Source: Eledone cirrhosa
Lineage: Eukaryota
Direction of reading: 5' to 3'
NCBI GenBank assembly: GCA_964016885.1
Contig: OZ024740.1
Location: 46,748,001 to 46,812,000 of the forward strand
DNA: 64,000 bases
The notes under the pieces were generated by a model. It saw only the letters and a list, made by a program, of their open reading frames with translations, was not told the origin of the DNA and searched no databases. Of the stretch, positions 1 through 35,948 are shown one piece after another (the first letter of the stretch is position 1; each line of letters begins with the position of its first letter). The position numbers and the translations under genes were made by a program.

Positions 1-899
1 TTTTTTTTACAGTTAACTAAAGGCGTAACCGTCAACATAATATTACAAATAGAAAGAGAAATAAAAAGGAAAGGGAAAAAGAAAGAGAAAAACAAAACAC
101 ACACAAGCGGGTAATACATAAATCTAGGACAGCATACAACAAAAGGCAGGCGAAAGGTGGACAAACGAACCGCTGCCAGAGAAAAAGATAATATTTTAAT
201 TAAGGTCTACTTTCAAATTAAACGAAAATAAACAAAACAAAATATTCCGAGAATGAAGTTTAAAACTCCGTCAAACGACCGCGTATTGGCTATCTCGCTG
301 GTTTTTGATGCTACAAGTACACTCTATACTAAATACACGACCTAATCAGTGAGACTCTACGCGGATATTTAATATGCTAGAAATAGCAGCTAAATCTATC
401 TCAAATTAACTTCTATCCACCTGAATAAAAGGAAGTTTATATATATATATATGCAGAGGTTATATTTAATTTGTTGGGATTCAACAAGCTTAAACATTTT
501 TATAACTGATATAAAGCACTCAACAGTTTAGTGGAGTAAATACACAATATATTAATAAATGGAAACTATATTTATAAAACCATATTTGTTTTATTATACA
601 TATTTCAAGGGCAACCAAGGCAAATTATGGTGCGCTTTCATCAGATAAAATACAGATTTGTTTTATAAATAAATATTGACATACCCGGAAAAAAAAGACA
701 ACCGTTAAGGTTGTCTTTTTTTCAGGGTATGTCAATATTTATTTATAAAATAAATCTGTATCTCAGACACCACAGTCTGAGATACTTTTGCTCCGTCTTA
801 AAAGTGAGGGTCACTACTTCTGTAACCGAACGGAACAAAATTCTAAAATACCAACAATTATCAGCAAACAATATTTTTCAGACTATGACGTTTCAGGGA

Positions 900-1100
900 G
901 CTAAATGGTTAACACTGAAGTTCTTGTTATTGTTGGCGGTTCGCCTTACCAAGCTATTTGATGATGCCTGTGGGAGTGCTTGGTTGTTTCAGCGCCTTAG
1001 CATCGCCATCACTCCTGTTAATGCTGCCAGTGTGTTGGCTTGCCTCAAAAAGTATTAGTGGGAGCGCTCCGGCACACCTTGTGGTGTGCGACCGACGGAT
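900..1100 (+). mobile_element. 3' fragment of CRE-like (RLE) non-LTR retrotransposon
   Basis: AWLFQRLSIAITPVNAASVL resembles the QRLSxAxxRGNA C-terminal RLE motif; paralog at ~34870-35100. Confidence 0.55.
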
Positions 1101-1294
1101 ATAGTGATTCAATTTAATATTTTCTTTAATCTAGTATTGTATAATTAAAAAAAAATTGAGTTGACTTTATTCAGACACTTTAACATTGAACTTCTATTGG
1201 AATAACCATAATACTAAGGACACATTTGATAATATAGTCCTAGATACACTATGTCAAGGTTGGAAACAACGACAATAAAGTAAATATTGATTAC

Positions 1295-1624
1295 CTCTTG
1301 ACAGTCTGCCCAATGTTGGATTATATCCGAAGTAAAGTTAAAGAATTCTGGTACATCAATTGAAAATGTTCGCTTTTCCTCTTCGTAATGAGAAAAAATT
1401 GTTGGTGAGTTTGATAGAGTGGATTTGTAACAGCTGTTGTTTAGGAATATATTACACTTTGAATGAATTGTAACATTGCCCGAACTAATGCGAATATTGT
1501 TACGACATGAAAATGCAGAGGGATTAGAAATATGAAGTGCTCTGTAACGTGAATTTGATGTACAATTAAGTAATAGCTTTCTCCACACACTCGATGATTT
1601 AAACAAAAAGTTTTGGCAAAACAT
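1295..1624 (-). CDS. First coding exon of a mitochondrial medium-chain acyl-CoA synthetase (ACSM family); gene continues beyond position 1
   Basis: Basic/Ser-rich presequence followed by FSHYEEEKRTFSIDVPEFFNFTSDIIQHWA, the ACSM N-terminal motif (VPEYFNFASDV..WA); GT donor at 1294-1293. Confidence 0.75.
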
Positions 1625-2214
1625 TTTCGTATATTCTATTTTGCTTTTCCTCTCTTAATTATTGTAGTTATTAAAATGACACTTGAATAAGAATATATGA
1701 TAATAGGCACAGAGTAATGTACGCTACGGTTGGTCAGATAATCTTAAAATAGGTTCCCACCCTATATATATATATATATTCAAGATGCCCCCCCACCCCC
1801 CATGTATACACTCTTCAACAGCATTCTAATCAAAGTGTGTATACATATTTGGGGGACACCCTGTGTATATATAATGTGTGTGAGTGTATGTATGTATATA
1901 GACGCATACACATGTAATTGTATGTTGATGCATTAAGTACTAGAATTACTTTTTTGGGTTAACGAAAAAAAACAAAACTATTTAGTATCTGACCCAATAA
2001 ATTAAAAATAAAAACAACTTTCAACAACATCTTTATAAAGTGACAAAAAGCAATGAACTAGAAAACGAGGGCAGTTTTAAATTCCCTTCAACTAACGCGG
2101 ACTATCACTGATTCTTTTCTTTCCTATTTTTGTTTGTTTGTTTGTTTGTTTAGTAAGTAGGTAAAAGACGTGTCAATAAGATCGACAAACCGTCCGAGAT
2201 ACTGGTAGATTGAT

Positions 2215-2945
2215 CTCTGACTTGCACTTGATAGGTTTGATGCAGAGTGCTGCATAGTTGGAATGAAAATCAGTGTTGCAAAAACTGAGACACTCATTCC
2301 CTCAAAGAAACCTGTGCAGTGCACTCTACATGTAAATAGAGTTTCACTGAAGCAGGTAGAGAAGTTCAACTATCTCCAGGCTGTGTCCAAGAGTGATGGA
2401 AGTCAGGCAGCTGAATTAAGTGTAAAAATTGCAGGAGCTGGTGCAGTAATGTGCCAGCTTCAGCATTCAATAATTAGAAGAAGGAAAGTAGGTGTAAAAG
2501 CCAAACTTCCTATCTTCAATTCAGTATTCATGCCAACCCTTACCTATGGTCATGAATCTTGGGTAATGACTAAAAGAATACGATTGTGAATACATGCAGC
2601 CAAAATGGGGTTCCTCCGAAGGGTCTCTGGAGTAATGTTACTTGATAGAGTAGCTTGGAAATTAGAGAATCACTCACGGTATAGATGCCACTTCTTCAAA
2701 TTGAGAAATCACAGCTCTGATACTATGTGCTTGTGGTTAGAATGTCTCATGGAAGAATTGCTAGACAGGTTTTATGGGCAAAACCAACCATCAGAAGGCC
2801 CCAAGCAAGATGGTTGGATGACATCCATGAGCTTGGCGATACAGCCAGATCAGTTGGAGATGGTTGCTTCTGACAGGACCTGCTGGAAGGAGTGTTTGAG
2901 GACTCTGCCCCTACAACCCTCTCAGGAATAAATGGGTGAAGAAGT
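2215..2945 (+). mobile_element. RTE-clade LINE 3' fragment (decayed RT C-terminus)
   Basis: KQVEKFNYL...IFNSVFMPTLTYGHESWVMTKRIR...MGFLRRVSG with stops and frameshifts. Confidence 0.85.
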
Positions 2946-3049
2946 ATTTGACACAGGATGTAAACTTACTGCACAAAAGTAGATTTAGAACTGCTCAAAA
3001 TTTGGTTTTGAATTGTATGAAATTAAATTTAGAACTGTGCAAACAGTTG

Positions 3050-3560
3050 GTAATCAGAAGAAGGGAGGTGGGTGTAAAAGCCAAACTTGCTATCTTCAAT
3101 TCGGTATTCATGCCAGCCCTTACCTATTGTCATGAATCTTGGGTAATGCCTAAAAGAATACGATCACGAATACAGGCAGCTGAAATGGGGTTCCTCCGAA
3201 GAGTCTTTGGAGTAAGATTACTCAATAGAGTGCATAGCTCAGAGATCAGAGAGTCACTCCAGGTAGAGCCGCTACTTCTCCAAATTGAGAAATCACAGCT
3301 TCAGTACTATGGGCATGTCCATAATTAGAATGTCTTACAAAAAAAAAATCGCTGGACAGATTTGGCAGGCAAAACCAACTGCCAGGGGTCCCAGGTGTAA
3401 ATCCTGAGCAAGACAGTTGGATAACATCGATGAGCTTGGCTGGTCTCACTTGGAGATCCAGCCAGATCAGTTGGAGACAGCTTCTGAGAGGATCCACTGG
3501 ATCCTGTGTTTGAAGACTCTGCCTCAACTACCCTCTCAGGAATAAGTGGGTGAAGAAGAG
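3050..3560 (+). mobile_element. Second RTE-clade LINE 3' fragment, same family
   Basis: LTYCHESWVMPKRIRSRIQAAEMGFLRRV...QLQYYGHV; same 3' end (ccctctcaggaataa..gggtgaagaag). Confidence 0.85.
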
Positions 3561-3844
3561 CATCAACAGCATGTTAAAATAATCATTGTGGGTGGGAATG
3601 ACAGAGTGTGAGTAACCAGAAGATAAAGTAGTAAATTGTGGTGTTTGGTGTGTCAGTGAGGTCTTAAACTATATAAAGCTTCGAGCACCTTGTTAAAAGA
3701 AATTACACTTGAAGGTCTCACAAAAAGTGAAAACAGATGTGCCCTTTGACTATTTTGAGGCCCATGCAAATTAGGAAGTCCTTAACTGTAGTCTGTTTAG
3801 ATTCTACCTAAATCTGATATTGGATTAATGGCAGTATATAAGAA

Positions 3845-4062
3845 GCTAAGGCAGTGGATCATTAGAGAACCAGGTAAAATGTTTTGTAGTATTTGGTTAT
3901 GGCTCTTTACATTCTGAGTTCAAATCCTGCCCAAACCAGCTTTACCTTTCATCCTTCCGGGATCAATAAAACAAATACCAATACAATTACTGGGGTTAAT
4001 TTGATTGACTTCTCCCCCACCACAAAAGAAAAAATTCTGGCCTTGTGCTTATGTTAGAGACT
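3845..4062 (+). mobile_element. Older tRNA-derived SINE copy
   Basis: B box GAGTTCAAATCC and the family tail ggccttgtgc..tgttaga. Confidence 0.65.
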
Positions 4063-4304
4063 ATATAACCAGCTAGTTTCAAGGATCAAAGTCCATTGTA
4101 GTTGAAGTAGAAAAGACAAAGTAAAGAATCAACATGTTTGTGAGCCAGACTTTCAAATGTTTTCCTTATTGAATTCTTATCAATCAGCCTGATGCCTTGC
4201 TTTTCAATGTGGTCTAGGATGTTTCTGTGTAACAGAAACACTATCTCTTATATGAAAGCATTATTCCATTGTGGGTCTCACTTAAGCTTTGTAGAATAAA
4301 GTGA

Positions 4305-4600
4305 TGCATATAGTTCAGTGGTTGGCTCATGATCATAAGGTTGAGTTTAAATGCCATTGCCACTTATTGTCCTTGAGCAAGACACTTTATTTCATGTTAC
4401 TCCTGTCTACTCAGCTGGAAAAAATGGGTTGTACTTCTAATTCAAAGGGCCAGCCTTGTTGCATAGCATCACGCTAAAGCTCCCTGAGAATTAATTACAT
4501 AATGGGTACATGTGTCTGTGGAATTGACAGTCATTTGCATGTTAATTTAATGAGCAGGATGCACCATTGATCAAACACTCATTGTCAAAACCAACTGAGG
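4305..4600 (+). mobile_element. Second tRNA-derived SINE family
   Basis: gtccttgagcaagacactttatttcatgtt...actcagctgg core; paralog at 36855-37120. Confidence 0.6.
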
Positions 4601-5855
4601 TGTAACACATATAAAAGTCAACTGTTAAGAGCTGATATATATATTTACTGGACTCTTGAAGAAAGCTTGCCTTTAGAATGCACCTTTTGCTGTTTTAAAT
4701 TTGAAATCTCTAGGAGAGATCATTACTAATTATTTATAGTGACTTTGAGTTATAATTGTATGTTCTCTGTGACTAGGTCTAGAAGACTGCTTCTCTGATA
4801 TGTGCAATGATTGTTTTCATGTTGTTGAGAGAGACAAGATTATTATATCATCATTGGAGAATGTTTTTCAAGTCTTTGTTTATAGAGGCAGTACTGGTTT
4901 AATGCGAAGTATCTAGGTTGCATTTGGATGATGCCTGTGTGCAGAAGGTTAAGAGTGAAGAATGCTATTTAGCATTGTTAGAGGACCAAGCCTTTTAGCA
5001 AATCCTCCTTTTAAACATTAATCATTCATTTACATTTAAGTGATTATTTAATTTTAGTTATCTGCATTGTGAATTTATTTTCAAATTTCTAAATACTTTC
5101 TTTTTGAGGGCCAGTAAATATATATCAGCTCCTAACTGTTGTTGATTCTACGTGTTGGAGCTCAGTTGGTTCTGGCAAGGAGTATCCCAATGTACAAGTG
5201 GTTGAGTATTTCACAGACATATGTATTCATAATGTAAGTTGACCATCCTTGTTTACACTTCTAGTTACATGGTTAAATCTTTTAAAAAGATGGTAAATAT
5301 GGCCAGAGACGATTGCTACAGTGGTTAAATGTGCTTACCTAGCATACAAGAGATTGTGGTTTGATTCCTCACAATTGTCTGTTCGTTATTTTCCATCTCC
5401 AGAGGTACTTTACCAGATTTTTAAAACTATTTAACCCCTTTGATATCAACCCACCACTTGTTCTATAAAACAAATTTCCCATTTTAAGGGTTTCTATATA
5501 GAATAAAATCTTCCAATATAATTTGTTATAAAAAGGATAATGATTTATCTAGTTGCAATCTGAAACCATTTCCAATGATGGATATGATTTAGTACCTATT
5601 CTCCATTAATTTGAAATATGGTAACAAAAGAGTTAATAATAGTTATTTGCTTTGTGGTGAATACATTTTAAATATATCAATACTTCATAAATCAACTAAC
5701 CTTCTTTACACTGGCGTCAATTTGTTTTTCCCCCCTTCCCCCCAAAATTGTTGGCCTTGTGCCTGAATCAGAAACCATTATTAGTACTTATTTTTGAAGG
5801 TGGTCAATAACTATATATTTTCGCCTGTCTCAAAATAAGGGTAAGTAACGGAAGC

Positions 5856-5896
5856 ATTGTTCTGATGAGAACCAGAATTCGAAATGTGTAGACAAT
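5856..5896 (+). ncRNA. Minimal type-I hammerhead ribozyme-like motif (degenerate)
   Basis: ATTGTT-CTGATGA-GAAccagaaTTC-GAAA-TGTGTA-GACAAT; stems I and II pair. Confidence 0.55.
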
Positions 5897-7156
5897 TATC
5901 CTCCACTGCTTCTGCTGGAATCTGCCAGATGGCACTGGCCTTTATTCATAATTGGGCTTTCAAAACGTTTATTTATTAAACATACCATATATCTTTAGAT
6001 AAATTCACATACATGTATGTATACAGCTATGCTGAAGCTAAATTTTTAATATATTTATATATATAACTGTTGGTCAATCAGTGACAAACATTGATTGCCA
6101 GCTAAATTATTTATAGAAATATAACAAAATATACTGAAACTGAAGCGAAAACCAAACCAAACAGTGAGTGTGTTTTACTATTTTTAGCAATATTAAAACA
6201 TGACACTTCCCAAATATAACAATATCTGTTTCAACACACGATTTCATATAAAAAAACCTTGCAAAACAAATACAATGAAAAAGTTGTATTACTAAATCCC
6301 TCCAATTTTTTAAATTCTTTTGAAAATCTTATGTGCAGGTATGGCTGTGTGCTTCACAATCAAACGGTTTCTACTTTATTCCCATTGCATGATACCTTGG
6401 GCAAGTGTCTTTTTCTATAGTGTTGGGTCAACCAATACCTTGTTAGATGGAAACTGCAGAAACCCATCATAAATATATATGTGTCCATAGCTGAGTCTGT
6501 TTATATAACTTAGCAGTTAGATAAAAAAAAGATTGATAAAATCAGACATGTAAAAAATATTATGATCAATTATATCCCTTTATGGTAATGCCTCACCATG
6601 GCCACAGTATAATGACTGAAACCAGTAAAAAAATAAAAAGGATAATGATTTATCCAGTTGCAATCTGAAACCATTTTCAATGATTGTTATGATTTAGTAC
6701 AGGTGAAATAAGTAAAAGAATATGTTGAGTGACTAGTTGTAGGTGGAGGTCATCCAGCTGTAAAAATATCATGCTCTAATGTTTGTTTTTCTATGCTGGC
6801 ATAAGTTGGACAAGTTTTCACAGACCAAGTCAGTATTTACTCAGGACTACTGCCCTCCTTGATGGGTTGGGAAGGCAACATCTTACATACGTTCCAGTTT
6901 TTATATGGTTTCTGTATTTGGATGACCTTCCTAATGGCAATCATTTTACACAGGGTAAGAAGTATGATAAACATAGCAGAAAAATATTTAATCATTAAAG
7001 AGCTTTTTATTTATTTATTTAAGAATATATTGCCAAGAATCTTTCATTGAAAGGAGTTAATCTTTATTATTAACCAATTATTAAAAACAAAATTAATTGA
7101 CTTGATAGAATGTGATATAGATTAAAGATTTTTATCCCCTAAAATATTCACTAAAA

Positions 7157-30509
<23,353 letters not shown>

Positions 30510-31254
30510 ATTGTTAAATATTGGTCTTTCTTCCTTCTAACTTGTGCGTGACAATTTCCGAAGTGAAGACCGGCGATTTACAGCGCCTTCTCAACCAGGG
30601 GAGTTAAGCCAGTTAGAAGGACCACTATAATTCATTCAAACTTATATTACAGTTAAGATTTTAAATATTTATGACATTATAATGTTATATTTGAATTCAT
30701 ACTACTTTTAAATTATCAAAAATATTTTTATTAATTGAGAATGTTTATTTTCTACGTATATTAAAAAATCCTTTTGTTGGGTAACTTTTCTATCAACACC
30801 GATACACGTGTAAGGGAGACAACTGACTAAGCTGCGGGCTAGTTTATTCTACGCATGAACAATACCTAACGAAGGAGTCTCTACTTGATCGCCAGAAATA
30901 GCAGATAAATCTCCCTAAAATCACACCCATCGTCTTAATAAGGGAATGATGTTAGATAATTTAATCCTGTTTACTCCAGAAAGACATGGCGCTCACGAAT
31001 GTAATGCTTTTGATCATAGATCTTGTCAATCACGGTTGACCTGGGGCTCAAAGTTAAATAATCTCTCACGAGGACTCTGATTCTTAAAGGCTGTGCATCT
31101 TTTTTAGGTTAGGATAGTTACTAACAAATAATACACATTAAGTTTGCACCAATCAATCGACAGCCTTTAGGCTACAGAGAATAACGTACTGAAGTCGATT
31201 TAATCAATTTTCCTTCCAAAAAACTTGTTGGCTTTGTGCCTAAATCAGAAGCCA

Positions 31255-31442
31255 TGGTGGACTGGCAGTATCGGTAGAGGGTCGGACGCCATGCTTTGAC
31301 GCGTAGAGTTACGGCCCTTGCCATTCTGAGTTCAAATCCCGCCGAGGTTAACTTTGCCTTTCATCCTTACGGGGTCGATAAAATAAAATACCAGTAATGT
31401 ACTGTGTAATTCCTGGCCTTGTGCCAAAAGTAGAAACAATTA
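31255..31442 (+). mobile_element. tRNA-derived SINE (young family)
   Basis: A box TGGCAGTATCGG, B box GAGTTCAAATCC, tail gtagaaacaattatt. Confidence 0.85.
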
Positions 31443-31444
31443 TT

Positions 31445-32747
31445 TCCTCTTTCTCGGGTTGTTCTTTTGCCTCATTACTAAACCAAAAGGATGGCTAATA
31501 ACTAATGACCTAGGAAGTCTTAGTTACTTTCTCCTGGTATTTATGTTCCCACCACCCTTCTTAATATTCTAGCTGATCCCATGAGAGGGGTTTTCTGGAG
31601 GAATACTACCTTTGCCTGAACCCCAAGATTTTCTATTCATTTTTCAAAGTTTCTGGTTACACAACGAAAAGCACCTATCATTATTGGTATGACCTCAACC
31701 TTTCTCATGCTCCATATTTTTGGACTTCAATTCTAAGGTCCTGGTATTTATCAACTTACTCCATTTCTTTTGGGTGGATCCTTTCATCTCCAGGTGACAT
31801 CAATAATTCGACATATCCTCTCTCTTTTCTATCACAACAATTTCTCCTTGCTGTTATATTACCACACTATATAGTCATGTCCCATAAGACCTTTACATCA
31901 TATTTCACAACTATCCCCTCTCGTTGATGTTCATACGACAATTCATTTTGTTCCAGATTATACTTCCCATAGAGCTTCCAAAGGATAATCTTAGCAACTG
32001 TATTGTGTTTTCTTTTGTATTCTGTTTGGAGCATTCACCAATGAAGTGACTCACAAACTCATTCTTTTCATCACATAGCCTATATAGGGGTGAATACAGT
32101 TTTATCTATTTTGTTTTTTTATCAAGCTGATTCTGATTGCTTATTCTTGAGTGAAGGAAATTAGTGCTTCAGTTATTGTTTTGAGGTCAGATTTCTTTAG
32201 TTAGTCCAAAGACTAAAGTCCTCATGGGTTGGTTCTGGCATTTCTCTCACAAATTGTCCATACATTATTTTTCCTTTCCATTTAGCTACCTTTTCCTTTT
32301 CCTTTTTGCGGTTATAGTCATTCTTAAGCTTAGCATTTTCAGTATCAAGGATACCACATTTTTAAAAATCCCTTTTAAGTGTAATTTTTCCAAATTCCTG
32401 ATATACCAAGCAAGGTTATTCTCCTTACTTCTCACATATTCCTCACACTCTATTAATCCTCTTCCCTCTTTGTTCCTTGCTACATATATTCTGTCTACAT
32501 CACTTTTAGGGTGAAGTGTTCCATACATGGTCATCAATTTCTTTGTCTTTCTATCAAGGCATTTTAGCTCATCTACTGGCCATTTCACAATTCCTGCACT
32601 ATATCTCAACACTGCTACCACCCATGAATTAATTGCTTTTATCTTAAACTTGCCATTATGTTTCAACTTATGTTCACGTGTTACCATTTTTTTGTATTCC
32701 TTTGAAAATACTTTCTTTATATCTTTTTCCATAATTTGATCATATTC
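31445..32747 (-). mobile_element. R4/Dong-clade non-LTR retrotransposon 3' fragment
   Basis: KAINSWVVAVLRYSAGIVKW...LDRKTKKLMTMYGTLHPKSDVDRIYVARNKEGRGL, followed by a CCHC-like remnant (RLCDEKNEFVSHFIGEC) and RLE remnants. Confidence 0.8.
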
Positions 32748-33620
32748 TCATCATCATCATGTTTCCACAACTGGTGCAGCCTGTCATCGGGGTGCCACTC
32801 CAGATGCTTTTGTAGTCAGTCGTCCCCTATTTTCCATCATCTGTAGAAGGGTCTTGGAGTTGTGCCAGTCCAGTCTTTGATGTTGTTGGATCAGGATTTT
32901 CTTTGTCTGCTTCTTCTTCGCTCTCCATCGACTGTTCCCTGAAGGATGGTTTTGGACAAGGTTGTGGGATCCATGACCGTACCAGGAAAACTTCCATCTT
33001 TTCACTATCGCAAAGAGTGGTTCCTATCTATCAGCATATTTGTTAACTTGCTGCCTGACAAAGCTGTTTGTTTTGTGCTCTGTGAATGGGATGTATAGCA
33101 ACCTTCTGAAGCACTTGTGCTCAAATGATTGTATTCTTTGTTCCATGTCAACTGTGAGAGTCCAAATCTGACACCTATACAAAAGGATCGAAGTCATCAA
33201 GGACTTGTATAATTTGAACTTTATTAGAAAACTGATGGAGCTGCTTTTCCATATGACATTCAGCTTTACCATGGCAGAAGTGACCAGGGCGAGTCTTGTC
33301 GGTATCTCCTTTTAAGATCTGCCATCTTTGGTCAGAGTGGATTCTAGGTACTTGAAGATGTCCACTTCAAGTGTTTCTCTGTTCAGCATGATGTTGGTTG
33401 CTGTATTCTGATTATTACTATTAACCAGGATCTTGCTCTTTTCTGAGCTGATCTCTATTCCATATGCTCCTGATACTTTTTCCAGCCTGGTAGTGAGCTC
33501 CTGGGTTTCTGCTTCACTGTTTCCTAACAGCTCAGTGTCATCAGCAAATTGCAGGCTAGAAATGGGCCATCTTCCAATGGAAACTGAGGTGTGGAAGTCT
33601 TGGAGAGTCTCTGGCATATC
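32748..33620 (-). mobile_element. RTE-clade LINE 3' fragment (RT domain) with (ATG)n tail
   Basis: LQFADD, GIEISSEKSKIL, FKYLES, KLYKSLMTSILLYRCQIWTL...FEHKCFRRLL. Confidence 0.85.
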
Positions 33621-33878
33621 ATGGAGAGAGATGAGCTTAGCCAGATTTCAATACACTCCAACAACTCCATCAAGAGTTCAGACACCATGGCATGACATGC
33701 GCAGCATGTGTCACAGAAAAATAGGTAAGCTATCAGTAGGTTGACTCCTCGATCAAATTTCAATATCTTACTGGAATTTATTTGATTTATGTTAAGGAAA
33801 TACATTCATTCAATATCATATCGATTCTCTCCTTTATATTCAAGTCTTTAAGAAACATTATTAATATAGTCATCCACA

Positions 33879-34068
33879 GTGGTGGATTGGCAGTATCGGT
33901 AGAGGGTCTGACGCCATGCTTTTCAGCAAAGAGTTACGGCCCTTTATGGTCTGAGTTCAAATCCCGCCGAGGTTAACTTTGCCTTTAATCCTTACGGGGT
34001 CGATAAAATAAAGTACCAGTAATGTACTGGAATAATTGCTGGCCTTGTGCCAAAAGTAGAAACAATTG
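33879..34068 (+). mobile_element. tRNA-derived SINE (young family), full length
   Basis: A and B boxes and family tail. Confidence 0.85.
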
Positions 34069-34869
34069 TTAATATAATCATCATTACTAGTAATTTAAAA
34101 CAGAAAAGACAAACAGGATCCCTGGTGCAATTAGAATCACATCTTTTACTTGTTTTGTCATTTATTTAATAGATTCCACTACAGAGCCCCTCTTGTCGAT
34201 TTTTTTTGTGATTTTTTTAATTGTACCATTTTAACTTCACAATTAGTCTAGCAAAATATGTCATCTTGCATAACCTTCACAATTAGGGCTAGCAAAATAT
34301 GTCATTCTGCTAAAGCCCTAAATATTAAGGCGCCCTGGTTCCATTCAATGTTTCCAACGAGAAACGATCACATGAATCAAATTATGAATGACGAGCCTAC
34401 AAATAAACCTCAATGTGGTCATTTTACTTGCTAGAAACAGCAGCCAAATATCAGTCTGTCATTAAGAAAAAAAGCTTATTGGATAATGCAGTTGGTCTTG
34501 CATAACCTTTGCCTAAGAAAAAATGTCACGGCTGGAATGACTTCGATTATAGGCCTGCTCAGTCAAGCTAGGCTAGCGCTAAACAACATTCAAGAATGAA
34601 TTAAGTAAGATTTTATATATCATTTAAAAAAAAAAATTAACATGTTAAATCAGTAAGATTCACGTTGTCAGCTTGTTCGTGAGGCGCAACAAAGATATAC
34701 CACATAATCAGGAGTATGGAATCGCCCCCTCCCTTCACTGTCCCTATTTTCTTATTACTTATTTTTTTATTCTTTGTTAATTATGTAAAATATTTATGGA
34801 AGTAAAATTCCTTTTTATTCATTTATTTTTCAAGAATTATAAGTTATCTCCCTTGCCTACAAGCGACTC

Positions 34870-35100
34870 TTTTGTTTATTTTTATATCTTGGATACTGCG
34901 GCATTTGGGGGAACCGTGGCCTTTGACAACGTGGTTTTTTTCATTGTTGGTGGTTCGCGAGTGTGCGTGCCTGGTTATCCCAACACCTTAGCCTCACTAT
35001 CACTAGCGGCAATGCTGCGAGAGTGTTGGTTTGCTTAAAAAAAACATAAGTAAATCCCATGCATTTTGTGGCGTGTGATTCAGTGTGTGTCTCTTACTAT
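34870..35100 (+). mobile_element. CRE-like LINE 3' fragment
   Basis: AWLSQHLSLTITSGNAARVLVCLK; homologous to 960-1100. Confidence 0.55.
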
Positions 35101-35537
35101 TTTTTCTTTTTTTTTTTAAATTCATATATTGAAATAAAATTACCGGAACAGTTGGCAAAATGAAATTTGAAGTTATCTAAAATTTATTTACAGTTATTTT
35201 AAGTTTCATAGCCAGATTAATTCAATTACAAGTATATCTATTCCACGGGAGATAACTTTAATACCAGAAAATATAAGAAAGACAACTCCTCAAATACCTC
35301 AAAAATTTATGTTATATACATAGATTTTCATTAAAAACAATTTCACACGAGTTTTACAAATCATTGAGATGGAATAATTAGGAATTGATAATGTAACTTG
35401 ACAAAGAACAATATCTGAAAAATTGAGTGATGGTTTGCATCAGTAATTTTTTTCAGAAGAACTTATTTTATTTTACGAATTTTATAAATTGTATTTAGTC
35501 ATCTGAGTATAGTGTCATGAAGATAGACTAGACTACA

Positions 35538-35948
35538 AATAATTGCTTCTACTTTTGGCACAAGGCCAGCAATTATCTCAGTGCATTACTGGTGCTTTAT
35601 TTTATCGACCCCGGATGGATGAAAGGCAAAGCTAACCTTGGCGGAATTTGAACTCAGAATGTAAAGGGACGCGCTGCAAAGCATGGTGTCTGACGCCCCA
35701 AATAATTGTTTCTACATTAGGCACAAGGCCAGCAAATACCCAGTGCATTACTGGTACTTTATTTTATCGACCCCGTAAGGATGAAAGGCAAAGTCAACCT
35801 CGGCGGGATTTGAACTCAGATCGTAAAGGGACGTAACTATGCTGGAAAGCATGGCGTCCGACCCTCTACCGATACTGCCAATCTACCGTCCCAAATAATT
35901 GTTTCTACTTTTGGCACAAGGCCAGCAATTTCCCAGTGTATTACTGGT
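35538..35948 (-). mobile_element. Head-to-tail array of three SINE copies
   Basis: The tail aataattgtttctac..ggcacaaggccagcaa recurs at 35538, 35700 and 35893. Confidence 0.85.

Noticed and set aside
711-1058. 115-aa ORF as a real gene
   Set aside because: A chance fusion of a hairpin arm and a LINE C-terminal fragment, antisense within an intron.
33879-33970. tRNA gene
   Set aside because: The A and B boxes belong to a multi-copy SINE head; no cloverleaf.
34660-35100. CpG-rich promoter of a divergent gene
   Set aside because: The GC-rich part is a CRE-like LINE 3' fragment homologous to 960-1100; no downstream plus-strand exons were found.
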